Shown piece by piece: positions 42,738 through 56,914 of a DNA stretch of 64,000 nt (position 1 is its first letter; every line of letters starts with the position of its first letter). The notes under the pieces are model-generated. The model did no database searches. It was not told the DNA's origin and worked only from the letters and a program-made list of their open reading frames with translations. The position numbers and the translations under genes are program-made. Origin of the DNA: an uncultured Candidatus Binatia bacterium (GTDB taxonomy: Bacteria > Desulfobacterota > Binatia > UBA9968 > CAXXLF01); NCBI GenBank assembly GCA_965218425.1, contig OZ244621.1:2080001-2144000 (forward strand). The letters run 5' to 3'.

Positions 42738-43271
42738 TTGATGTCTATGAAATGGTACGTGGTACATACGTTTTCGGGTTTTGAACATAAGGCCAAGGCC
42801 GCCTTGGAGGAACGGATCAAGACCTTGGGCAAGCAGGACCAGTTTGGTGAGATTCTGGTGCCTGTGGAGAAGGTGATGGAGCTTGTCAAGGGAAAGAAGA
42901 AAACCTCATCGAGGAAGTTCTTTCCAGGCTACATCCTCGTCCAAATGGAGATGAGCGATGAAACTTGGCACGTTGTAAAGGGGACTCCTAAGGTCACAGG
43001 ATTTGTCGGGGGAAACACACAACCCCCGTCGGTAAGCGATGAGGGGATTAAAGAAATTACGCAACAGATGGAGGAAGGAGCCGCCAAACCCAGACCCCGA
43101 GTGGTTTACTCCGCGGGGGAGAACGTCAAGGTTGTGGATGGGCCTTTTTCGGATTTTAACGGGGTGGTAGAGGAAGTCAGGCTGGAAAAAGGCAAACTCA
43201 GGGTTCTCATCAGTATTTTCGGACGGGCGACTCCGGTGGAACTGGATTTTGTTCAGGTGGAGCGGAGTTGA
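42738..43271 (+). CDS. nusG: Transcription factor NusG
   Basis: [19 protein letters not shown] motif, [10 protein letters not shown]. Confidence 0.97.
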   Translation: MMSMKWYVVHTFSGFEHKAKAALEERIKTLGKQDQFGEILVPVEKVMELVKGKKKTSSRKFFPGYILVQMEMSDETWHVVKGTPKVTGFVGGNTQPPSVSDEGIKEITQQMEEGAAKPRPRVVYSAGENVKVVDGPFSDFNGVVEEVRLEKGKLRVLISIFGRATPVELDFVQVERS

Positions 43272-43283
43272 GATTAGGAAATG

Positions 43284-43317
43284 GTTCAAAACGTTCAACG
43301 GATTGAACGTTTTGAAC
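43284..43317. repeat. Perfect 15-bp inverted repeat between nusG and rplK
   Basis: GTTCAAAACGTTCAA-CGGA-TTGAACGTTTTGAAC. Confidence 0.75.
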
Positions 43318-43350
43318 GACTTTAACGATTTTCAGATGTAATCCAAGGTT

Positions 43351-43776
43351 ATGGCTAAAAAAGTTGTAGGTGAGATTAAGCTACAGATACCGGCGGGCCA
43401 GGCGAACCCAAGTCCCCCCGTGGGTCCAGCGTTGGGGCAGCGGGGGGTCAATATCATGGAGTTTTGTAAGGCCTTCAATGCCGCCACTCAGGCCCAGCAG
43501 GGGATGATCATTCCGGTGGTGATAACGGTCTACGCCGATCGATCCTTTACCTTTATTACCAAGACTCCCCCCGCGGCGGTTCTGCTGAAGAAGGCGGCGG
43601 GAATCGAGAAGGGTTCTAAGGAACCCGGGAAAGAGAAAGTGGGAAAGGTCACCCGTGCGCAGATTCGGGAGATCGGACAGATTAAGATGACTGATTTGAC
43701 AGTGAGAAGTGTTGAGGCCGCTGAGAAAACCGTGGAGGGCACGGCGAGGAGTCTCGGTTTAGAAATCGTGGAATAG
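43351..43776 (+). CDS. rplK: 50S ribosomal protein L11
   Basis: [25 protein letters not shown]. Confidence 0.98.
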   Translation: MAKKVVGEIKLQIPAGQANPSPPVGPALGQRGVNIMEFCKAFNAATQAQQGMIIPVVITVYADRSFTFITKTPPAAVLLKKAAGIEKGSKEPGKEKVGKVTRAQIREIGQIKMTDLTVRSVEAAEKTVEGTARSLGLEIVE

Positions 43777-43786
43777 TGGGGAAAAA

Positions 43787-44491
43787 ATGAGCGTCAAGGG
43801 GAAATCCTATCGTTCCAAGTTGGAGAAAATTGATCGTGACCGGAGATACACCCTGGAGGAGGGTCTCAAGTTAGTTCGTGAAACGGCGCGGGTGAAATTT
43901 GATGAAACCGTGGAACTAGCCGTTCGGTTGGGAGTGGATCCTAGGCAGGCGGATCAAAACATTCGCGGCACCGTATTGCTTCCCCACGGGATGGGAAAGA
44001 CGGTGCAGGTTCTGGCCTTTGCCAAGGGGGAGAAGGAGAAAGAGGCCCAAGAGGCCGGTGCTGATTTTGTCGGTAGTGATGAACTCGTCAAGAAGATCAG
44101 CGACGGTTGGACCGACTTCGATAAGGCGGTGGCGACACCTGACATGATGGCTTCGGTGGGTAGGATCGGAAAGATACTTGGACCGCGGGGTCTGATGCCT
44201 AACCCGAAGGCCGGGACGGTGACCCAGAACATTGGTAAGGCCGTGCAAGAACTGAAGGCCGGCAAGTTGGAATTCAGAGTGGACAAGGCCGGCATTGTCC
44301 ATATGCCCATCGGTAAAGTTTCCTTTTCGGAAGAGCATCTGGTGGAGAACGCCAGGACCATATTGGCGTCCCTGGTGCGTGCCAAGCCCGCCTCGGCCAA
44401 AGGGAACTATATCCGCGCAGTGGCTATTTCCGCCACCATGGGACCAGGGATCAAGGTAGATCCGGCGCAGCTGCAATCCATGGCAGCCTAG
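43787..44491 (+). CDS. rplA: 50S ribosomal protein L1
   Basis: [23 protein letters not shown]. Confidence 0.98.
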   Translation: MSVKGKSYRSKLEKIDRDRRYTLEEGLKLVRETARVKFDETVELAVRLGVDPRQADQNIRGTVLLPHGMGKTVQVLAFAKGEKEKEAQEAGADFVGSDELVKKISDGWTDFDKAVATPDMMASVGRIGKILGPRGLMPNPKAGTVTQNIGKAVQELKAGKLEFRVDKAGIVHMPIGKVSFSEEHLVENARTILASLVRAKPASAKGNYIRAVAISATMGPGIKVDPAQLQSMAA

Positions 44492-44520
44492 CGTTATAAG
44501 AATAATTAGGAGGGTGCGTT

Positions 44521-45048
44521 TTGAATCGCGAGCAAAAAGCAGGGCAGGTAACTGAAGTCCAGGATAAATTTAAGGCGGCCAAGATGGCCATCGTAACAGA
44601 GTTTCGAGGTCTTACGGTCTCCCAGATGGCCCGGTTGCGCCGCGAGGTTTACGAAGCCTCGGGCGAGTACAAGGTTATCAAGAACACCATGGCCCGACTC
44701 GCCATACAGGACGGGGTCTTTAGCTCCCTGGAGAATATGCTCAAGGGGCCCAATGGGTGGGTTTTTTCCTACGAGGATCCAGTGAACCTGTCGAAGGCTC
44801 TGGTCAAGTTCTCCGAACAGCACGAGATGCTGAAGATCAAAGGTGGGGTCCTGGAGGGTGAGTTTTTGGAGGCGGCCACGGTGAAAGAACTCGCCAAAAT
44901 GCCCAGCCGACCTCAACTGCAGGCCAAGCTCTTGACCCTCATGCAGGCGCCGGGGACTCAGCTTGTTCGATTGATCCAGGAGCCGGGGGCGAGGGTGGCT
45001 CGCCTTGTGGAGACCATACGCAAGACAAAGTCAGAGCAAGAGAGTTGA
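44521..45048 (+). CDS. rplJ: 50S ribosomal protein L10
   Basis: FRGLTV, VIKNT, ELAKMPS; TTG start with AGGAGG RBS. Confidence 0.96.
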   Translation: MNREQKAGQVTEVQDKFKAAKMAIVTEFRGLTVSQMARLRREVYEASGEYKVIKNTMARLAIQDGVFSSLENMLKGPNGWVFSYEDPVNLSKALVKFSEQHEMLKIKGGVLEGEFLEAATVKELAKMPSRPQLQAKLLTLMQAPGTQLVRLIQEPGARVARLVETIRKTKSEQES

Positions 45049-45080
45049 AATTTTATATCCGTTAGGGGGGGGAATCGATT

Positions 45081-45455
45081 ATGGAAACAGTGAATCGCGA
45101 CCAGGTAAAGGATTTTATCAAAAACATGAGTCTCCTAGAGGCCTCTGCACTGGTGAAGGAACTGGAAGAGGAGCTGGGTGTGAGCGCGGCGGCTCCTGTG
45201 GCCGTAATGGCGGGGCCCGCAGCGGCGGCTCCAGCGGAGGAGAAGACTGAGTTCGACGCCATCCTGACCGGGGCAGGAGATAAGAAGATTCAGGTCATTA
45301 AGGTGGTCCGGGAGCTGACGAGTTTGGGCCTGAAGGAGGCAAAGGACCTCGTGGACGGGACTCCCAGGGCGGTGAAGGAGGGGGTGTCCAAGGACGAAGC
45401 GGAGGACGTCAAGAAAAAGATCGAAGAAGTAGGAGGCAAGATCGAAATCAAGTAA
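45081..45455 (+). CDS. rplL: 50S ribosomal protein L7/L12
   Basis: [27 protein letters not shown]. Confidence 0.98.
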   Translation: METVNRDQVKDFIKNMSLLEASALVKELEEELGVSAAAPVAVMAGPAAAAPAEEKTEFDAILTGAGDKKIQVIKVVRELTSLGLKEAKDLVDGTPRAVKEGVSKDEAEDVKKKIEEVGGKIEIK

Positions 45456-45551
45456 GCGTCCAAACCCTGAGTCGTTTGTCGTTAGGGGGGAGGGGATATT
45501 TCCTCCCGCCTCATGAATCAAACTAACGGATTTTAACGAAGAGGAGTTATA

Positions 45552-48500
45552 ATGGCAGTTCGTGTGGCTAATAACTTAAGATTCCGCCGCAATTTTGGAA
45601 GAATTAAAAAAATTATTGAGATCCCTTATTTGATTGAGATTCAGAAAAACTCCTTTAACCTCTTCATACAAAAGGATGTTTCGCCAGACCAGCGTGAGGA
45701 CTTTGGACTGCAAGGTGTGTTTAAGTCGGTTTTCCCCATTAAAGACTTTAACGATACGGCCTCCCTGGAATTTGTTGGTTACAGTCTTGGCGAGCCAAAA
45801 TATGATGTAGGGGATTGTCGGCAACGGGGGATGACCTTCGCGGCGCCGCTTAAAGTGACTGTCCAGATGGTACTCTGGGATGTGGATCCGCAATCCAATG
45901 ATCGGAGCATTCGGAACATCAAGGAACAGGAGGTCTATTTTGGAGAGATCCCATTGATGACCAAGAATGGCACGTTCATGGTAAATGGGACGGAGCGTGT
46001 CATCGTCAGTCAACTCCATCGCTCCCCAGGGGTGTTTTTCGAACACGACAAGGGAAAGACCCATGCCAGCGGCAAGCTCCTCTATTCGGCTCGGGTCATC
46101 CCCTACCGTGGCTCCTGGCTGGATTTTGAATTCGACCCAAGGGATATCCTTTACGTGCGCATCGACCGGAGGAGGAAGTTTCCCGTAACGGTATTGCTCC
46201 GCGCCTTGGGGATGACCACGGAAGATCTCCTTAACTATTTTTACCAGACCGATACCGTGGTTTTCGACGGAAAAAAGACGAATTTAGTTTTCAAGCCCGA
46301 GCACTTTGTGGGGTTCAAAACCGGGAAGGATATTCGGGACCCGAAGTCCAACGATCTGATTGCGAAAGAGGGAAGAAAACTCACCCGGCTTCTGATCCGT
46401 CAGATGGAGGCTGCAAAAGTAAAGCATGTCCCTGTGGCACTGGAAGATGTCATCGGGCGTGTTGCCGCCCGTGACATCGTGGATCCCGAGAACCAAGAGG
46501 TGCTGGTGGAGTGTAATCAGGAGCTCACACAGGAGAAGCTGGAACTGATCAGGGATAAGGGCGTTGCGGAAATCGAAGTTATCTTTCTGGACGAATCCCG
46601 AGTGGGTCCCTATCTACGCGACACTTTGATTCAAGACAAAATGCATACTCCGGAGGAAGCCAGTTTAGAAATCTATCGGCGAATGCGCCCCGGCGATCCG
46701 CCCACCATACAACCGGCAACCACTTTTTTTAACAACTTGTTCTTTAACCCGGATCGCTACGATCTGTCCAAGGTGGGGAGGCTGAAGCTGAACCACCGGT
46801 TCAAATTCAACGTGCCCCTGGAGCAGGGGACCTTGCGCAAGGAAGACATTCTGGAAGTGGTTCGATATCTGATCGAACTGCGCAATGGTAATGGATTTGT
46901 GGACGATATCGACCACCTGGGCAATCGCCGGGTTCGGCCCGTAGGGGAGTTGGTGGAAAATCACTTCCGTATGGGTTTGGTTCGCATGGAGCGCGCCATC
47001 AAGGAAAAGATGAGTCTTCAAGATATCGATGCCCTGATGCCGCAGGAGTTGATCAACTATAAGCCCGTTTCGGCGGCCTTGAAGGAGTTTTTTGGCTCCA
47101 GCCAGCTTTCCCAATTCCTAGACCAAACCAATCCCCTGTCGGAGATTACCCATAAGCGGCGCCTCTCGGCCCTGGGACCCGGCGGTCTCACGAGAGAACG
47201 CGCCGGCTTTGAAGTGCGCGACGTTCACCCTACCCACTATGGTCGGGTTTGTCCCATTGAGACGCCGGAAGGGCCCAATATCGGTTTGATTGCATCCCTC
47301 TCAAGTTACGCAAGGGTGAACGAGTTTGGATTTATTGAGACCCCCTATCGAGAGGTTAGTGGTGGTCGCGTGAGCGAGCGAATCCGTTACCTGTCGGCCC
47401 TGGATGAAGAGGATCATGTGATCGCCCAGGCCAACGCGCCCATCGACAACCGGGGAACGTTTACCTCCGATCTGGTTTCTGCGCGTAAGGGCGGTGAGTT
47501 TGTGGTGGCTCGCCCGCAGGACGTGAACTTCATGGACGTTTCTCCCAATCAATTGGTCAGCGTGGCTGCCTCTCTCATTCCCTTCCTGGAAAACGATGAC
47601 GCCAATCGAGCGCTGATGGGTTCCAATATGCAGCGTCAGGCGGTTCCGCTTCTTCGGACTGAGGCTCCATTGGTGGGTACCGGAATGGAAAAGGTGGTGG
47701 CCCGTGATTCAGGGGCAACGGTGGTGGCTCTGCGGGATGGGGTGGTGGAGAACGTCGACTCCACCCGAGTGGTCGTGAAGGCCGATCGTCCTTCGGGATC
47801 CCACCGCGACACCGGAGTGGATATCTACGATCTGGTTAAATTCCAGCGCTCCAATCAAAATACTTGCATCAATCAGAGGCCCATCGTGGTGGTGGGCGAT
47901 CACGTGAAGAAGGAAGATGTCATTGCGGACGGGCCCTCCACCGAAATGGGAGAGCTGGCATTGGGCAGTAATCTCCTGGTGGCCCTCATGCCCTGGGGTG
48001 GGTACAACTTCGAGGATTCCATTCTCATCAGTGAGAGGGTGGTCAAAGAGGACGTGTATACCTCGGTCCATATCGAGGAATTCGAATGCGTTTCTCGGGA
48101 TACTAAACTTGGCCCGGAGGATATTACACGTGACATCCCCAATGTTGGCGATGAAGTACTGAAGGACCTCGATGAAAGTGGCGTCATTCGTATCGGCGCA
48201 GAGGTGGGGCCGGGAGATATCCTGGTGGGGAAGATCACTCCCAAAGGCGAGAGTCAGCTCTCACCCGAGGAAAAGCTCCTGCGCGCCATCTTTGGAGAAA
48301 AGGCCGGTGAAGTTCGGGATACCTCTCTTAGGGTTCCCCCGGGGGTGGAGGGAACCGTGACCAGTGTTCGTATCTTCTCTCGCAAAGGGATGGGCAAGGA
48401 CGAGCGCAGTAAGGTCATTGAGGACGAGGAGATCGATCGGCTGAAAAAGGATCAGCAGGATGAAATCCGTATCATCCAAGAAGGAGCCCTTAAGCGCATC

Positions 48501-49664
48501 AAGAAGCTCCTGGTGGGTCGTGTGGCATCGGCCCGGGTCTGTGACGATAGCCGAAAGGTTCTTTTAAACAAAGGTGAGGAGATTACCGAAGAGGATGTGG
48601 ACCAAATCCCCAGGGCGTACCTGGGGGAGATTCGTGTGGATCATGAATCCACGGAGAACGAGGTTCGACGCGTTTTGGATGGCATGAACGAGCAGGCGGA
48701 TCTGATCAAAGTGGTTTTCCAGGATAAGATCAACCGGCTCAAGAGCGGCGATGAGCTACCCCCCGGGGTAATCAAGATGGTGACGGTGCTGGTGGCCATT
48801 AAGCGAAAACTGCAGGTGGGAGACAAGATGGCCGGGCGGCACGGTAACAAAGGGGTTATCTCTCGAATCATGCCCGAGGAGGATATGCCCTATCTGGAAG
48901 ACGGTACCCCCGTGGATATTGTACTGAACCCCCTGGGAGTCCCCTCCCGAATGAACGTGGGACAGATCCTTGAAGCTCACCTGGGCTGGGCCACGCGAAA
49001 GTTAGGGGATCAGATCGATAAACTGCTCAATCACGATAAGGCGGATGTGGATGGTCTTAGAAAACACCTAAAGGAGTATTTGGCGTCGAAGGAGATCAAT
49101 GAGTTCATTGATTCACTGACCGATCAGGATGTAGTCCGACTGGGTCAGAAGTATCGTTGCGGGATCCCCGTGGCGTCACCGGTCTTTGATGGTAGCCGGG
49201 AGGAGGAAACTTTTCGGCTGTTAAAGGAATCGGGTCTACCGGTGGAGGGACAGACCACGCTTTACGATGGTCGAAATGGGCACCCCTTCGATCAACAGGT
49301 GACCGTCGGCATGATGTATATGATGAAACTGCACCATCTCGTGGACGATAAGATTCATGCCCGTTCCACGGGTCCTTATTCCCTCGTGACCCAGCAACCT
49401 TTGGGTGGAAAAGCACAGTTCGGTGGGCAGCGCCTCGGAGAAATGGAAGTCTGGGCCTTGGAGGCCTATGGAGCCGCCTACACGCTGCAGGAGATGCTGA
49501 CGGTAAAATCGGATGATGTGGCGGGACGGACGCGCATGTACGAAGGCATCTTCAAAGGAGACAATTTGTTGGAGCCCGGCCTGCCGGAATCTTTTAACGT
49601 TATGGTCAAAGAGCTCCAGAGTCTGTGTTTGGATGTTGAATTAATGGAAGGCGAGAAGGGTTAA
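45552..49664 (+). CDS. rpoB: RNA polymerase beta subunit
   Basis: [39 protein letters not shown]. Confidence 0.99.
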   Translation: MAVRVANNLRFRRNFGRIKKIIEIPYLIEIQKNSFNLFIQKDVSPDQREDFGLQGVFKSVFPIKDFNDTASLEFVGYSLGEPKYDVGDCRQRGMTFAAPLKVTVQMVLWDVDPQSNDRSIRNIKEQEVYFGEIPLMTKNGTFMVNGTERVIVSQLHRSPGVFFEHDKGKTHASGKLLYSARVIPYRGSWLDFEFDPRDILYVRIDRRRKFPVTVLLRALGMTTEDLLNYFYQTDTVVFDGKKTNLVFKPEHFVGFKTGKDIRDPKSNDLIAKEGRKLTRLLIRQMEAAKVKHVPVALEDVIGRVAARDIVDPENQEVLVECNQELTQEKLELIRDKGVAEIEVIFLDESRVGPYLRDTLIQDKMHTPEEASLEIYRRMRPGDPPTIQPATTFFNNLFFNPDRYDLSKVGRLKLNHRFKFNVPLEQGTLRKEDILEVVRYLIELRNGNGFVDDIDHLGNRRVRPVGELVENHFRMGLVRMERAIKEKMSLQDIDALMPQELINYKPVSAALKEFFGSSQLSQFLDQTNPLSEITHKRRLSALGPGGLTRERAGFEVRDVHPTHYGRVCPIETPEGPNIGLIASLSSYARVNEFGFIETPYREVSGGRVSERIRYLSALDEEDHVIAQANAPIDNRGTFTSDLVSARKGGEFVVARPQDVNFMDVSPNQLVSVAASLIPFLENDDANRALMGSNMQRQAVPLLRTEAPLVGTGMEKVVARDSGATVVALRDGVVENVDSTRVVVKADRPSGSHRDTGVDIYDLVKFQRSNQNTCINQRPIVVVGDHVKKEDVIADGPSTEMGELALGSNLLVALMPWGGYNFEDSILISERVVKEDVYTSVHIEEFECVSRDTKLGPEDITRDIPNVGDEVLKDLDESGVIRIGAEVGPGDILVGKITPKGESQLSPEEKLLRAIFGEKAGEVRDTSLRVPPGVEGTVTSVRIFSRKGMGKDERSKVIEDEEIDRLKKDQQDEIRIIQEGALKRIKKLLVGRVASARVCDDSRKVLLNKGEEITEEDVDQIPRAYLGEIRVDHESTENEVRRVLDGMNEQADLIKVVFQDKINRLKSGDELPPGVIKMVTVLVAIKRKLQVGDKMAGRHGNKGVISRIMPEEDMPYLEDGTPVDIVLNPLGVPSRMNVGQILEAHLGWATRKLGDQIDKLLNHDKADVDGLRKHLKEYLASKEINEFIDSLTDQDVVRLGQKYRCGIPVASPVFDGSREEETFRLLKESGLPVEGQTTLYDGRNGHPFDQQVTVGMMYMMKLHHLVDDKIHARSTGPYSLVTQQPLGGKAQFGGQRLGEMEVWALEAYGAAYTLQEMLTVKSDDVAGRTRMYEGIFKGDNLLEPGLPESFNVMVKELQSLCLDVELMEGEKG

Positions 49665-49680
49665 TTTTAGGAGGTTCCTA

Positions 49681-52600
49681 GTGGAAGAACTCTTTAATCT
49701 CTTCGAGAAACCTAAGAATCCGCTAAGTTTCAATGCCATCAGAGTGGCCCTTGCCTCTCCGGAAAAGATCCGATCTTGGTCCCACGGCGAGGTCAGGAAG
49801 TCGGAGACCATCAACTACCGGACCTTTAAACCGGAGCGGGATGGTCTTTTCTGTGCCAAGATTTTTGGTCCCACCAAGGACTACGAGTGCAATTGTGGAA
49901 AATACAAAAGGATGAGACACCGTGGAGTGGTGTGTGAAAAGTGCGGTGTTGAGGTGATTCAGTCGAAGGTACGGCGCGAGCGGATGGGTCACATTGAGCT
50001 AGCCACGCCGGTGGCACATATCTGGTTTTTGAAAAGCCTTCCAAGTCGTATCGGCGCCCTTTTGGATATGTCGTTAAAGGATCTTGAGAAGGTCCTCTAT
50101 TTTGAATCCTACGTGGTTACCGATCCCGGCAACACTCCCCTACAGGTCCAAGAGCTGCTTACAGAGGCCCGCTACCGAAAAGCCGTGGAGGAATACGGTC
50201 CCACCTTTAGCGCTGAAATGGGCGCAGGGGCTATTCGTAAGCTTCTCGCATCGGTTGACGAGGAGAAGCTATCGGAAGAGCTCCGCGTGGAGATGCGAGA
50301 CACCAATTCTGAAGTCCGGCGCAAAAAAGTGGCCAAGCGACTCAAGGTGCTCAATGCCTTCAAAAACTCTGGAAACCGGCCGGAATGGATGATTTTGGAA
50401 GCCGTTCCGGTTATCCCCCCCGATTTGCGTCCTCTGGTCCCTCTCGATGGCGGGCGATTTGCCACCTCGGACCTCAATGATCTTTACCGACGAGTGATCA
50501 ATCGAAACAACCGTCTCAAGAGACTCATGGAGCTTAGCGCCCCGGACATCATCATCCGCAATGAGAAACGGATGTTGCAAGAGGCGGTGGATGCCATGTT
50601 CGATAACGGTCGCAGGGGCAGGGCTATTACGGGGCCGAACCGTCGGCCTCTTAAATCGTTGAGCGATATGCTCAAGGGTAAAACGGGACGCTTCCGTCAA
50701 AACCTCCTGGGCAAGCGCGTGGATTATTCGGGTCGTTCCGTGATCGTGGTGGGTCCGGAGCTTAGACTCCACCAGTGTGGGTTGCCGAAAAAGATGGCAT
50801 TGGAGCTTTTCAAGCCCTTTATCTACAACAAACTGGAAGAGCGGGGTCTTGTGACCACCATTAAGAGCGCGAAAAAAGTGGTGGAAAAGGAACGCTCCGA
50901 GGTCTGGGATATTCTGGAGGAAGTTATCCGGGAGCATCCCATCCTGCTAAACCGTGCCCCCACCCTTCACCGCCTGGGATTCCAGGCCTTTGAGCCCATT
51001 TTGATTGAGGGTAAGGCGATTCAACTGCACCCTCTGGTATGTGCTGCGTATAACGCTGATTTCGATGGAGATCAAATGGCGGTCCATGTCCCCTTGTCCG
51101 TAGAGGCTCAGGTGGAGGCCAGGGCCCTCATGATGTCCACAAATAATATTCTTTCACCTGCAAACGGTAAACCCATCATCGTCCCCACCCAGGATACGGT
51201 TTTGGGCCTTTACTACATGACGCGAGAGCGAGTCAATGCCAAGGGAACCGGCCGAGTCTATACCAGCCCCCTGGAGGTTCGCATTGCCTTTGATCATGGG
51301 GAAGCGGATCTCCAAGCGCGGATAACCGTTCGCATGGATGGCGAGAGGATCAACTCCACGGTGGGCCGGGTGCTCCTCTATGAAGTGATTCCTCCCATGA
51401 TCCCCTTCAGCGAGGTGAACCGCGTGATGAAGAAAAAGGAGCTGGGGAACCTGATTGACCTTAGCTACCGGCTGGCGGGCAATAAGGCGACGGTTATCCT
51501 TGCGGATAGGCTGAAGGACGTTGGATACCAATATGCCACGAAGGCAGGGATTTCCATCGCCCTCAAGGATATGATGATCCCCGCGGGTAAGGAGCAGTTG
51601 CTTAATGGGGCCTATGGGGATGTGCGAGAGATCGAGGAGCAATACAAGGACGGTCTCATTACGGACGGGGAGCGCTATAACAAGGTCGTCGATATCTGGG
51701 CGGAAGTGACGGATCGAATTGCGGACGAAATGCTGCGCGATCTAGCCACGGAGACCGTCACCGACGAAAACGGCAAGAAGCTCACTGTACCAAGCTTCAA
51801 TCCCATCTTTATGATGGCTGATTCTGGAGCCAGGGGCAGTGCGCAGCAGATTCGACAGCTGGCCGGCATGCGTGGTTTGATGGCGAAACCTTCCGGTGAA
51901 ATTATTGAAACGCCCATCACTGCGAACTTTCGCGAGGGTCTGAGCGTGCTTCAGTACTTTATTTCCACTCACGGTGCGCGAAAGGGGTTGGCCGATACGG
52001 CATTGAAGACCGCCAACTCAGGCTATTTGACCCGACGTCTCGTGGATGTGGCCCAGGATTCGGTCATCAGTGGGGAGAACTGCGGAACTCTGGATGGAAT
52101 CGAAATCACCCCCTTGATGGAAGGTGGTGAGATCATAGAACCCCTCGGCGATCGTGTGCTTGGCCGGGTGGCCTTGGAAGACGTGAGGGATCCCTATACA
52201 GGCCAGGTCATTGTAAAGGCCAATCAAGAGATCGACGAGGATCTGGTTAAAGGTATCGAGGAGGCCGGGCTGGAGCGCATCAGGATTCGCTCGGTGTTGA
52301 CCTGTCAGTCGAAACGAGGGGTCTGCGTCATGTGCTACGGTCGGGACCTGGCACGTGGCCATATGGTGAACCACGGTGAGGCCATCGGTGTCGTTGCAGC
52401 CCAGTCCATCGGTGAACCGGGTACGCAGCTCACCATGAGAACCTTCCATATCGGAGGAACGGCGAGCCGAAGGGCGGAACAAACCACCCTGGAGGCGCGC
52501 AACGAAGGTTTTATCAAATTCATCAATGTCAACACGGTTGCCGCCAAGAGCGGGGATCTCGTGGTGATGAGTCGCAACAGCGAAATCGCCATCGTGGATT

Positions 52601-53811
52601 ATCCGGAAGGAAAGGACAAGGGCAGAGAAAGAGAGAGGGAGCGCTACACCATTGTGTATGGTGCCCGATTAAAGAAAGAGAACGATTCCAAAGTCAAAGC
52701 GGGGGAGCTGATCGCCGAATGGGATCCGTATACGGTTCCCATCATTACTGAGGTGGGTGGAGTGGTCAAGTTCGGCGATATCCTCGAGGGATCCACCATG
52801 GAAGAGAAGGTGGATGAGCGGACCGGGTTATCCACTAAAGTCATCATCGAGTTCAAGGACATCGACAAACGCCCGCGTATCTCCATTAAGGATAAGGCAG
52901 GAAAGACCGCTCGTTTCTCTCCCACCACGGAGGCACGTTATTTATTGCCTGTGGGTGCCCACATCCACGTGCAAGAAGGACAGACCATTGCGGCGGGTGA
53001 TGCGCTGGCCAAGATTCCACGTGAGACCACCAAGACTAAGGATATTACGGGAGGCCTGCCCCGGGTGGCAGAGCTGTTTGAAGCCCGCAAGCCCAAAGAG
53101 TTTGCCGTCATTAGTGAAATCGACGGTGCCGTCTCCTTTGGTAAGGATACCAAGGGAAAACGTAAGGTTGTGGTAACCCCCGACGTGGGAGAACCCAGAG
53201 AGTACCTCATCCAAAAGGGCAAGCACATCAGCGTCCACGAAGGAGATTGGGTCAGAGCCGGTGAGGCGCTCATGCAAGGTTCGTCAAACCCCCATGACAT
53301 CCTTAACATCCTGGGTGAGAAGGCGTTGGCGAAGTACTTGGTGGATGAGGTGCAGGAGATCTATCGACTGCAGGGAGTGCGGATCAATGATAAGCACATC
53401 GAGGTGATCGTCAGGCAGATGCTCCGCCGGGTGCGCATTAAAGAGGTGGGGGATACAGATTTCCTCGTGGGTGACCAGGTGGAAAAGTGGGACTTCGAGG
53501 ATGAAAACCGCAGGGTGATGGGACAAAAGGGAAAACCGGCTGTGGCGGAGCCTCTTCTCCTCGGCATCACCAAAGCCTCTCTGTCCACAGGGAGCTTCAT
53601 CTCTGCAGCCTCCTTCCAGGAGACCACCAAAGTCCTTACGGAAGCGGCGATCCACGGGAAAGTGGATCCCCTTATCGGTCTAAAGGAGAACGTTATTATG
53701 GGAAAACTGATACCTGCGGGTACCGGGTTGGCCGAGTACGCTGACGTGCAGATTGAAGTGAAGGAGCCCGAGCTGCACGAAACGGTAGTTTCAGACGCTG
53801 AGGTGGCATAA
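49681..53811 (+). CDS. rpoC: RNA polymerase beta' subunit
   Basis: [23 protein letters not shown], Zn-binding Cys motifs. Confidence 0.99.
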   Translation: MEELFNLFEKPKNPLSFNAIRVALASPEKIRSWSHGEVRKSETINYRTFKPERDGLFCAKIFGPTKDYECNCGKYKRMRHRGVVCEKCGVEVIQSKVRRERMGHIELATPVAHIWFLKSLPSRIGALLDMSLKDLEKVLYFESYVVTDPGNTPLQVQELLTEARYRKAVEEYGPTFSAEMGAGAIRKLLASVDEEKLSEELRVEMRDTNSEVRRKKVAKRLKVLNAFKNSGNRPEWMILEAVPVIPPDLRPLVPLDGGRFATSDLNDLYRRVINRNNRLKRLMELSAPDIIIRNEKRMLQEAVDAMFDNGRRGRAITGPNRRPLKSLSDMLKGKTGRFRQNLLGKRVDYSGRSVIVVGPELRLHQCGLPKKMALELFKPFIYNKLEERGLVTTIKSAKKVVEKERSEVWDILEEVIREHPILLNRAPTLHRLGFQAFEPILIEGKAIQLHPLVCAAYNADFDGDQMAVHVPLSVEAQVEARALMMSTNNILSPANGKPIIVPTQDTVLGLYYMTRERVNAKGTGRVYTSPLEVRIAFDHGEADLQARITVRMDGERINSTVGRVLLYEVIPPMIPFSEVNRVMKKKELGNLIDLSYRLAGNKATVILADRLKDVGYQYATKAGISIALKDMMIPAGKEQLLNGAYGDVREIEEQYKDGLITDGERYNKVVDIWAEVTDRIADEMLRDLATETVTDENGKKLTVPSFNPIFMMADSGARGSAQQIRQLAGMRGLMAKPSGEIIETPITANFREGLSVLQYFISTHGARKGLADTALKTANSGYLTRRLVDVAQDSVISGENCGTLDGIEITPLMEGGEIIEPLGDRVLGRVALEDVRDPYTGQVIVKANQEIDEDLVKGIEEAGLERIRIRSVLTCQSKRGVCVMCYGRDLARGHMVNHGEAIGVVAAQSIGEPGTQLTMRTFHIGGTASRRAEQTTLEARNEGFIKFINVNTVAAKSGDLVVMSRNSEIAIVDYPEGKDKGRERERERYTIVYGARLKKENDSKVKAGELIAEWDPYTVPIITEVGGVVKFGDILEGSTMEEKVDERTGLSTKVIIEFKDIDKRPRISIKDKAGKTARFSPTTEARYLLPVGAHIHVQEGQTIAAGDALAKIPRETTKTKDITGGLPRVAELFEARKPKEFAVISEIDGAVSFGKDTKGKRKVVVTPDVGEPREYLIQKGKHISVHEGDWVRAGEALMQGSSNPHDILNILGEKALAKYLVDEVQEIYRLQGVRINDKHIEVIVRQMLRRVRIKEVGDTDFLVGDQVEKWDFEDENRRVMGQKGKPAVAEPLLLGITKASLSTGSFISAASFQETTKVLTEAAIHGKVDPLIGLKENVIMGKLIPAGTGLAEYADVQIEVKEPELHETVVSDAEVA

Positions 53812-53815
53812 TCGA

Positions 53816-53845
53816 TTGACATTATGGGAATTTTTCTTGTACATT
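53816..53845 (+). promoter_or_regulatory. Putative sigma70 promoter for the rpsL operon
   Basis: TTGACA-18-TACATT. Confidence 0.55.
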
Positions 53846-53892
53846 GCATGATTTGTAATTCAATAAGAAAGCGGAGATAACAGAGCAACCCT

Positions 53893-54264
53893 ATGCCGAC
53901 AACTAATCAATTGGTTCGAACGGGTCGCGTCATTCAGCGTCGGAAAAATACTGCGCCTGCTCTGCAGGGATGCCCTCAGAAAAGGGGGGTGTGTATTAGG
54001 GTCTATACCTCGACACCTAAGAAGCCGAACTCGGCTTTGCGCAAAGTAGCTCGGGTCAGGTTGACCAACGGAATTGAAGTGACCTCCTATATTCCCGGTG
54101 TTGGTCATAATCTTCAAGAGCACTCGGTGATTTTAACCCGGGGCGGAAGAGTGAAGGATCTACCGGGCGTAAGGTATCATATTATTCGTGGAACTTTGGA
54201 TTCCATTGGAGTTCAGGACCGGCGCCAGGGTCGTTCAAAATACGGGGCGAAGAAACCGAAGTAG
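53893..54264 (+). CDS. rpsL: 30S ribosomal protein S12
   Basis: [20 protein letters not shown]. Confidence 0.98.
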   Translation: MPTTNQLVRTGRVIQRRKNTAPALQGCPQKRGVCIRVYTSTPKKPNSALRKVARVRLTNGIEVTSYIPGVGHNLQEHSVILTRGGRVKDLPGVRYHIIRGTLDSIGVQDRRQGRSKYGAKKPK

Positions 54265-54268
54265 CGAA

Positions 54269-54739
54269 ATGCCACGCAAGGGAGAAATAAGAAGGAGAGA
54301 TATTTTGCCCGACCCGAGATACGGGGACAAGCTGGTGGCAAAGTTTATTAACACCATGATGTCAGCGGGCAAGAAGAGCGTGCTGGAGGGAGTTCTTTAC
54401 GGCTCGCTGGATCTCATTGCGGCCAAGACCAAGGGAGATGCATTGGGGGTCTTTAAGCAGGCAGTGGAAAACACGCGCCCCATGCTTGAGGTCCGTTCCC
54501 GTCGGGTGGGTGGAGCCACCTATCAGGTTCCCGTGGAGGTTCGTCCTCAGCGGCGTGTTTCGCTGAGTATTCGCTGGTTGATCCAAGCCGCGCGGTCTCG
54601 AAGTGAAAAATCCATGGAGGAGAAGCTGGCGGCAGAGTTCATCGATGCCTCAAACCAGCGAGGCAACGCAATTAAAAAGAAGGAAGACACCCATCGAATG
54701 GCAGAGGCGAATAGGGCCTTTGCCCATTACCGGTGGTAA
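54269..54739 (+). CDS. rpsG: 30S ribosomal protein S7
   Basis: [32 protein letters not shown] 54269. Confidence 0.97.
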   Translation: MPRKGEIRRRDILPDPRYGDKLVAKFINTMMSAGKKSVLEGVLYGSLDLIAAKTKGDALGVFKQAVENTRPMLEVRSRRVGGATYQVPVEVRPQRRVSLSIRWLIQAARSRSEKSMEEKLAAEFIDASNQRGNAIKKKEDTHRMAEANRAFAHYRW

Positions 54740-54765
54740 TTGTGTCGGAGGATTTCATAGAGACG

Positions 54766-54795
54766 AAGGAGGCGGCTGGACCGCCTTCTTTTTTT
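54766..54795 (+). terminator. Intrinsic-terminator-like hairpin between rpsG and fusA
   Basis: AAGGAGGCGG/CCGCCTTCTT stem running into a T tract. Confidence 0.55.
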
Positions 54796-54813
54796 GTCTA
54801 ACGACTCAAGGCA

Positions 54814-56895
54814 ATGGCAAGAGATCTCGCATTACACAAATCCCGCAATATAGGCATCATGGCCCATATTGATGCGGGTAAAACCACCACCACGGAACGG
54901 GTTCTCTATTATACGGGTATCACGTACAAGATCGGTGAGGTCCATGAAGGTACGGCCACCATGGACTGGATGCAGCAGGAGCAGGAGCGCGGCATTACCA
55001 TCACTTCGGCCGCCACCACCTGTTCTTGGCGTGACCACCGAATCAATATCATTGATACCCCTGGCCACGTGGATTTTACCATCGAGGTGGAGCGGTGTCT
55101 CAGGGTCCTGGATGGGGCCGTAGCGGTCTTTGATTCGGTGGGAGGAGTAGAGCCTCAGTCGGAAACGGTTTGGCGTCAAGCGGATAAGTATGGGGTGCCG
55201 AGGATCGCCTTCGTAAATAAAATGGATCGGGTGGGAGCGGATTTTTTCCGGGTGGTGCAGATGATGAAGGATCGTCTCGGCACGAATCCACTACCGGTGC
55301 AGCTTCCCATCAAGATCGATGACAATTTTACCGGCGTGGTGGATCTGTTGCACATGAATGCCGTGGTGTGGGATGAGGAGAGTTTGGGGGCAAAGTTCCG
55401 GATTACAGCCATTCCTAATGAACTCAAGGCTCAGGCCGATGAATACCGTGAGAAGATCGTAGAGGCCGCGGCCGACGTTGATGACAAGATCATGGAAAAA
55501 TATCTGGGCGGTGAAGAGGTGTCCGAACCCGAGCTTCGCCCGGCCATTCGCAGGGGAGGCTTGGATCTCAAATTGGTGCCCGTAGTATGCGGATCCGCCT
55601 TCAGGAACAAAGGAGTCCAACCTCTATTGGATGCGGTGGTGGACTATCTTCCCTCACCTTTGGATGTTCCACCGGTTCGGGGACACCATTGCGTATCGCA
55701 AAAAGAAGAGGAAAGGCTCCCCAAGGCGGATAGTCCATTCTCGGCGTTGGCCTTCAAAATTATGACGGATCCCTATGTGGGAACCTTGGCCTTCTTTCGC
55801 GTCTACTCCGGCGTGCTGGCTGGAGGGTCGTACATCTATAATTCAACGAAAGACAGAAAAGAGAGAATCGGCCGGCTGCTCAAGATGCATGCCAACAAGC
55901 GGGAAGAGCTTAAAGAAGTGTGTGCCGGTGACATTGCCGCCGCTGTGGGCCTTAAAAATACAACCACCGGTGATACCCTGTGTGACGAAGTGGCTCCCAT
56001 CATTCTCGAATCCATTGAGTTTCCTGAACCTGTTATTTCTATTGCTATCGAACCAAAGAGTAAGGCGGACCAAGAAAAGCTTGGCCTCACCCTCCAGAAG
56101 TTAGCAACGGAAGATCCTTCTTTTAGGGTGCGTACGGATGAAGAAACCGGGCAGACCATTATCTCCGGCATGGGAGAACTCCACCTAGAGATCATCGTGG
56201 ACCGTCTCCTCAGGGAGTTTAACGTAGGCGCCAATGTGGGTCGCCCACAAGTGGCTTACAAAGAGACCATTCGCAAGGTAGTAGAGAAAGAGGGAAGATT
56301 TGTACGCCAGACCGGTGGCCGGGGTCAATTCGGACATGTTTATCTGCGGGTGGAGCCGAAGTCGCCGGGGGATGGTTTTAAGTTCGTGGATGCAGTCAAG
56401 GGGGGCAACATTGCGCGGGAATATATTCCTGCGGTAGAAAAAGGGGTCCGGGAAGCGATGGAGGCCGGTTGCCTCGCCGGTTACCCCATGGTGGATGTTG
56501 GTGTGACGCTTTTGGACGGAAGTTATCATGAAGTGGACTCCTCAGAAATTGCCTTTAAGATTGCAGGCTCCATGGCCTTCAAGGAGGCTGTGGCGAGGGC
56601 AGGGCCCGTTTTGCTGGAACCTGTTATGGCTGTGGAGGTGGTGGTACCGGAGGAGTTTATGGGTGAGGTCATCGGGGATGTGAGCGCCCGTCGGGGCAGG
56701 GTCCTGGGAATCGACTCTCGTCCTGCGGTGAAGGCCATCGAGGGTCGTGTCCCCTTGGCGGAGATGTTTGGTTATGCTACGGAGCTCAGATCCATGACCC
56801 AGGGAAGGGCAACCTATACCATGCAGTTCTCCCATTACGATCAAGTGCCCAGTTCCTTATCTGAGGAAATCAGTGCTAAGGCTGTCGGAACTTAA
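54814..56895 (+). CDS. fusA: Elongation factor G
   Basis: [29 protein letters not shown]. Confidence 0.98.
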   Translation: MARDLALHKSRNIGIMAHIDAGKTTTTERVLYYTGITYKIGEVHEGTATMDWMQQEQERGITITSAATTCSWRDHRINIIDTPGHVDFTIEVERCLRVLDGAVAVFDSVGGVEPQSETVWRQADKYGVPRIAFVNKMDRVGADFFRVVQMMKDRLGTNPLPVQLPIKIDDNFTGVVDLLHMNAVVWDEESLGAKFRITAIPNELKAQADEYREKIVEAAADVDDKIMEKYLGGEEVSEPELRPAIRRGGLDLKLVPVVCGSAFRNKGVQPLLDAVVDYLPSPLDVPPVRGHHCVSQKEEERLPKADSPFSALAFKIMTDPYVGTLAFFRVYSGVLAGGSYIYNSTKDRKERIGRLLKMHANKREELKEVCAGDIAAAVGLKNTTTGDTLCDEVAPIILESIEFPEPVISIAIEPKSKADQEKLGLTLQKLATEDPSFRVRTDEETGQTIISGMGELHLEIIVDRLLREFNVGANVGRPQVAYKETIRKVVEKEGRFVRQTGGRGQFGHVYLRVEPKSPGDGFKFVDAVKGGNIAREYIPAVEKGVREAMEAGCLAGYPMVDVGVTLLDGSYHEVDSSEIAFKIAGSMAFKEAVARAGPVLLEPVMAVEVVVPEEFMGEVIGDVSARRGRVLGIDSRPAVKAIEGRVPLAEMFGYATELRSMTQGRATYTMQFSHYDQVPSSLSEEISAKAVGT

Positions 56896-56914
56896 CGATT
56901 ATTGAGGATTATCG

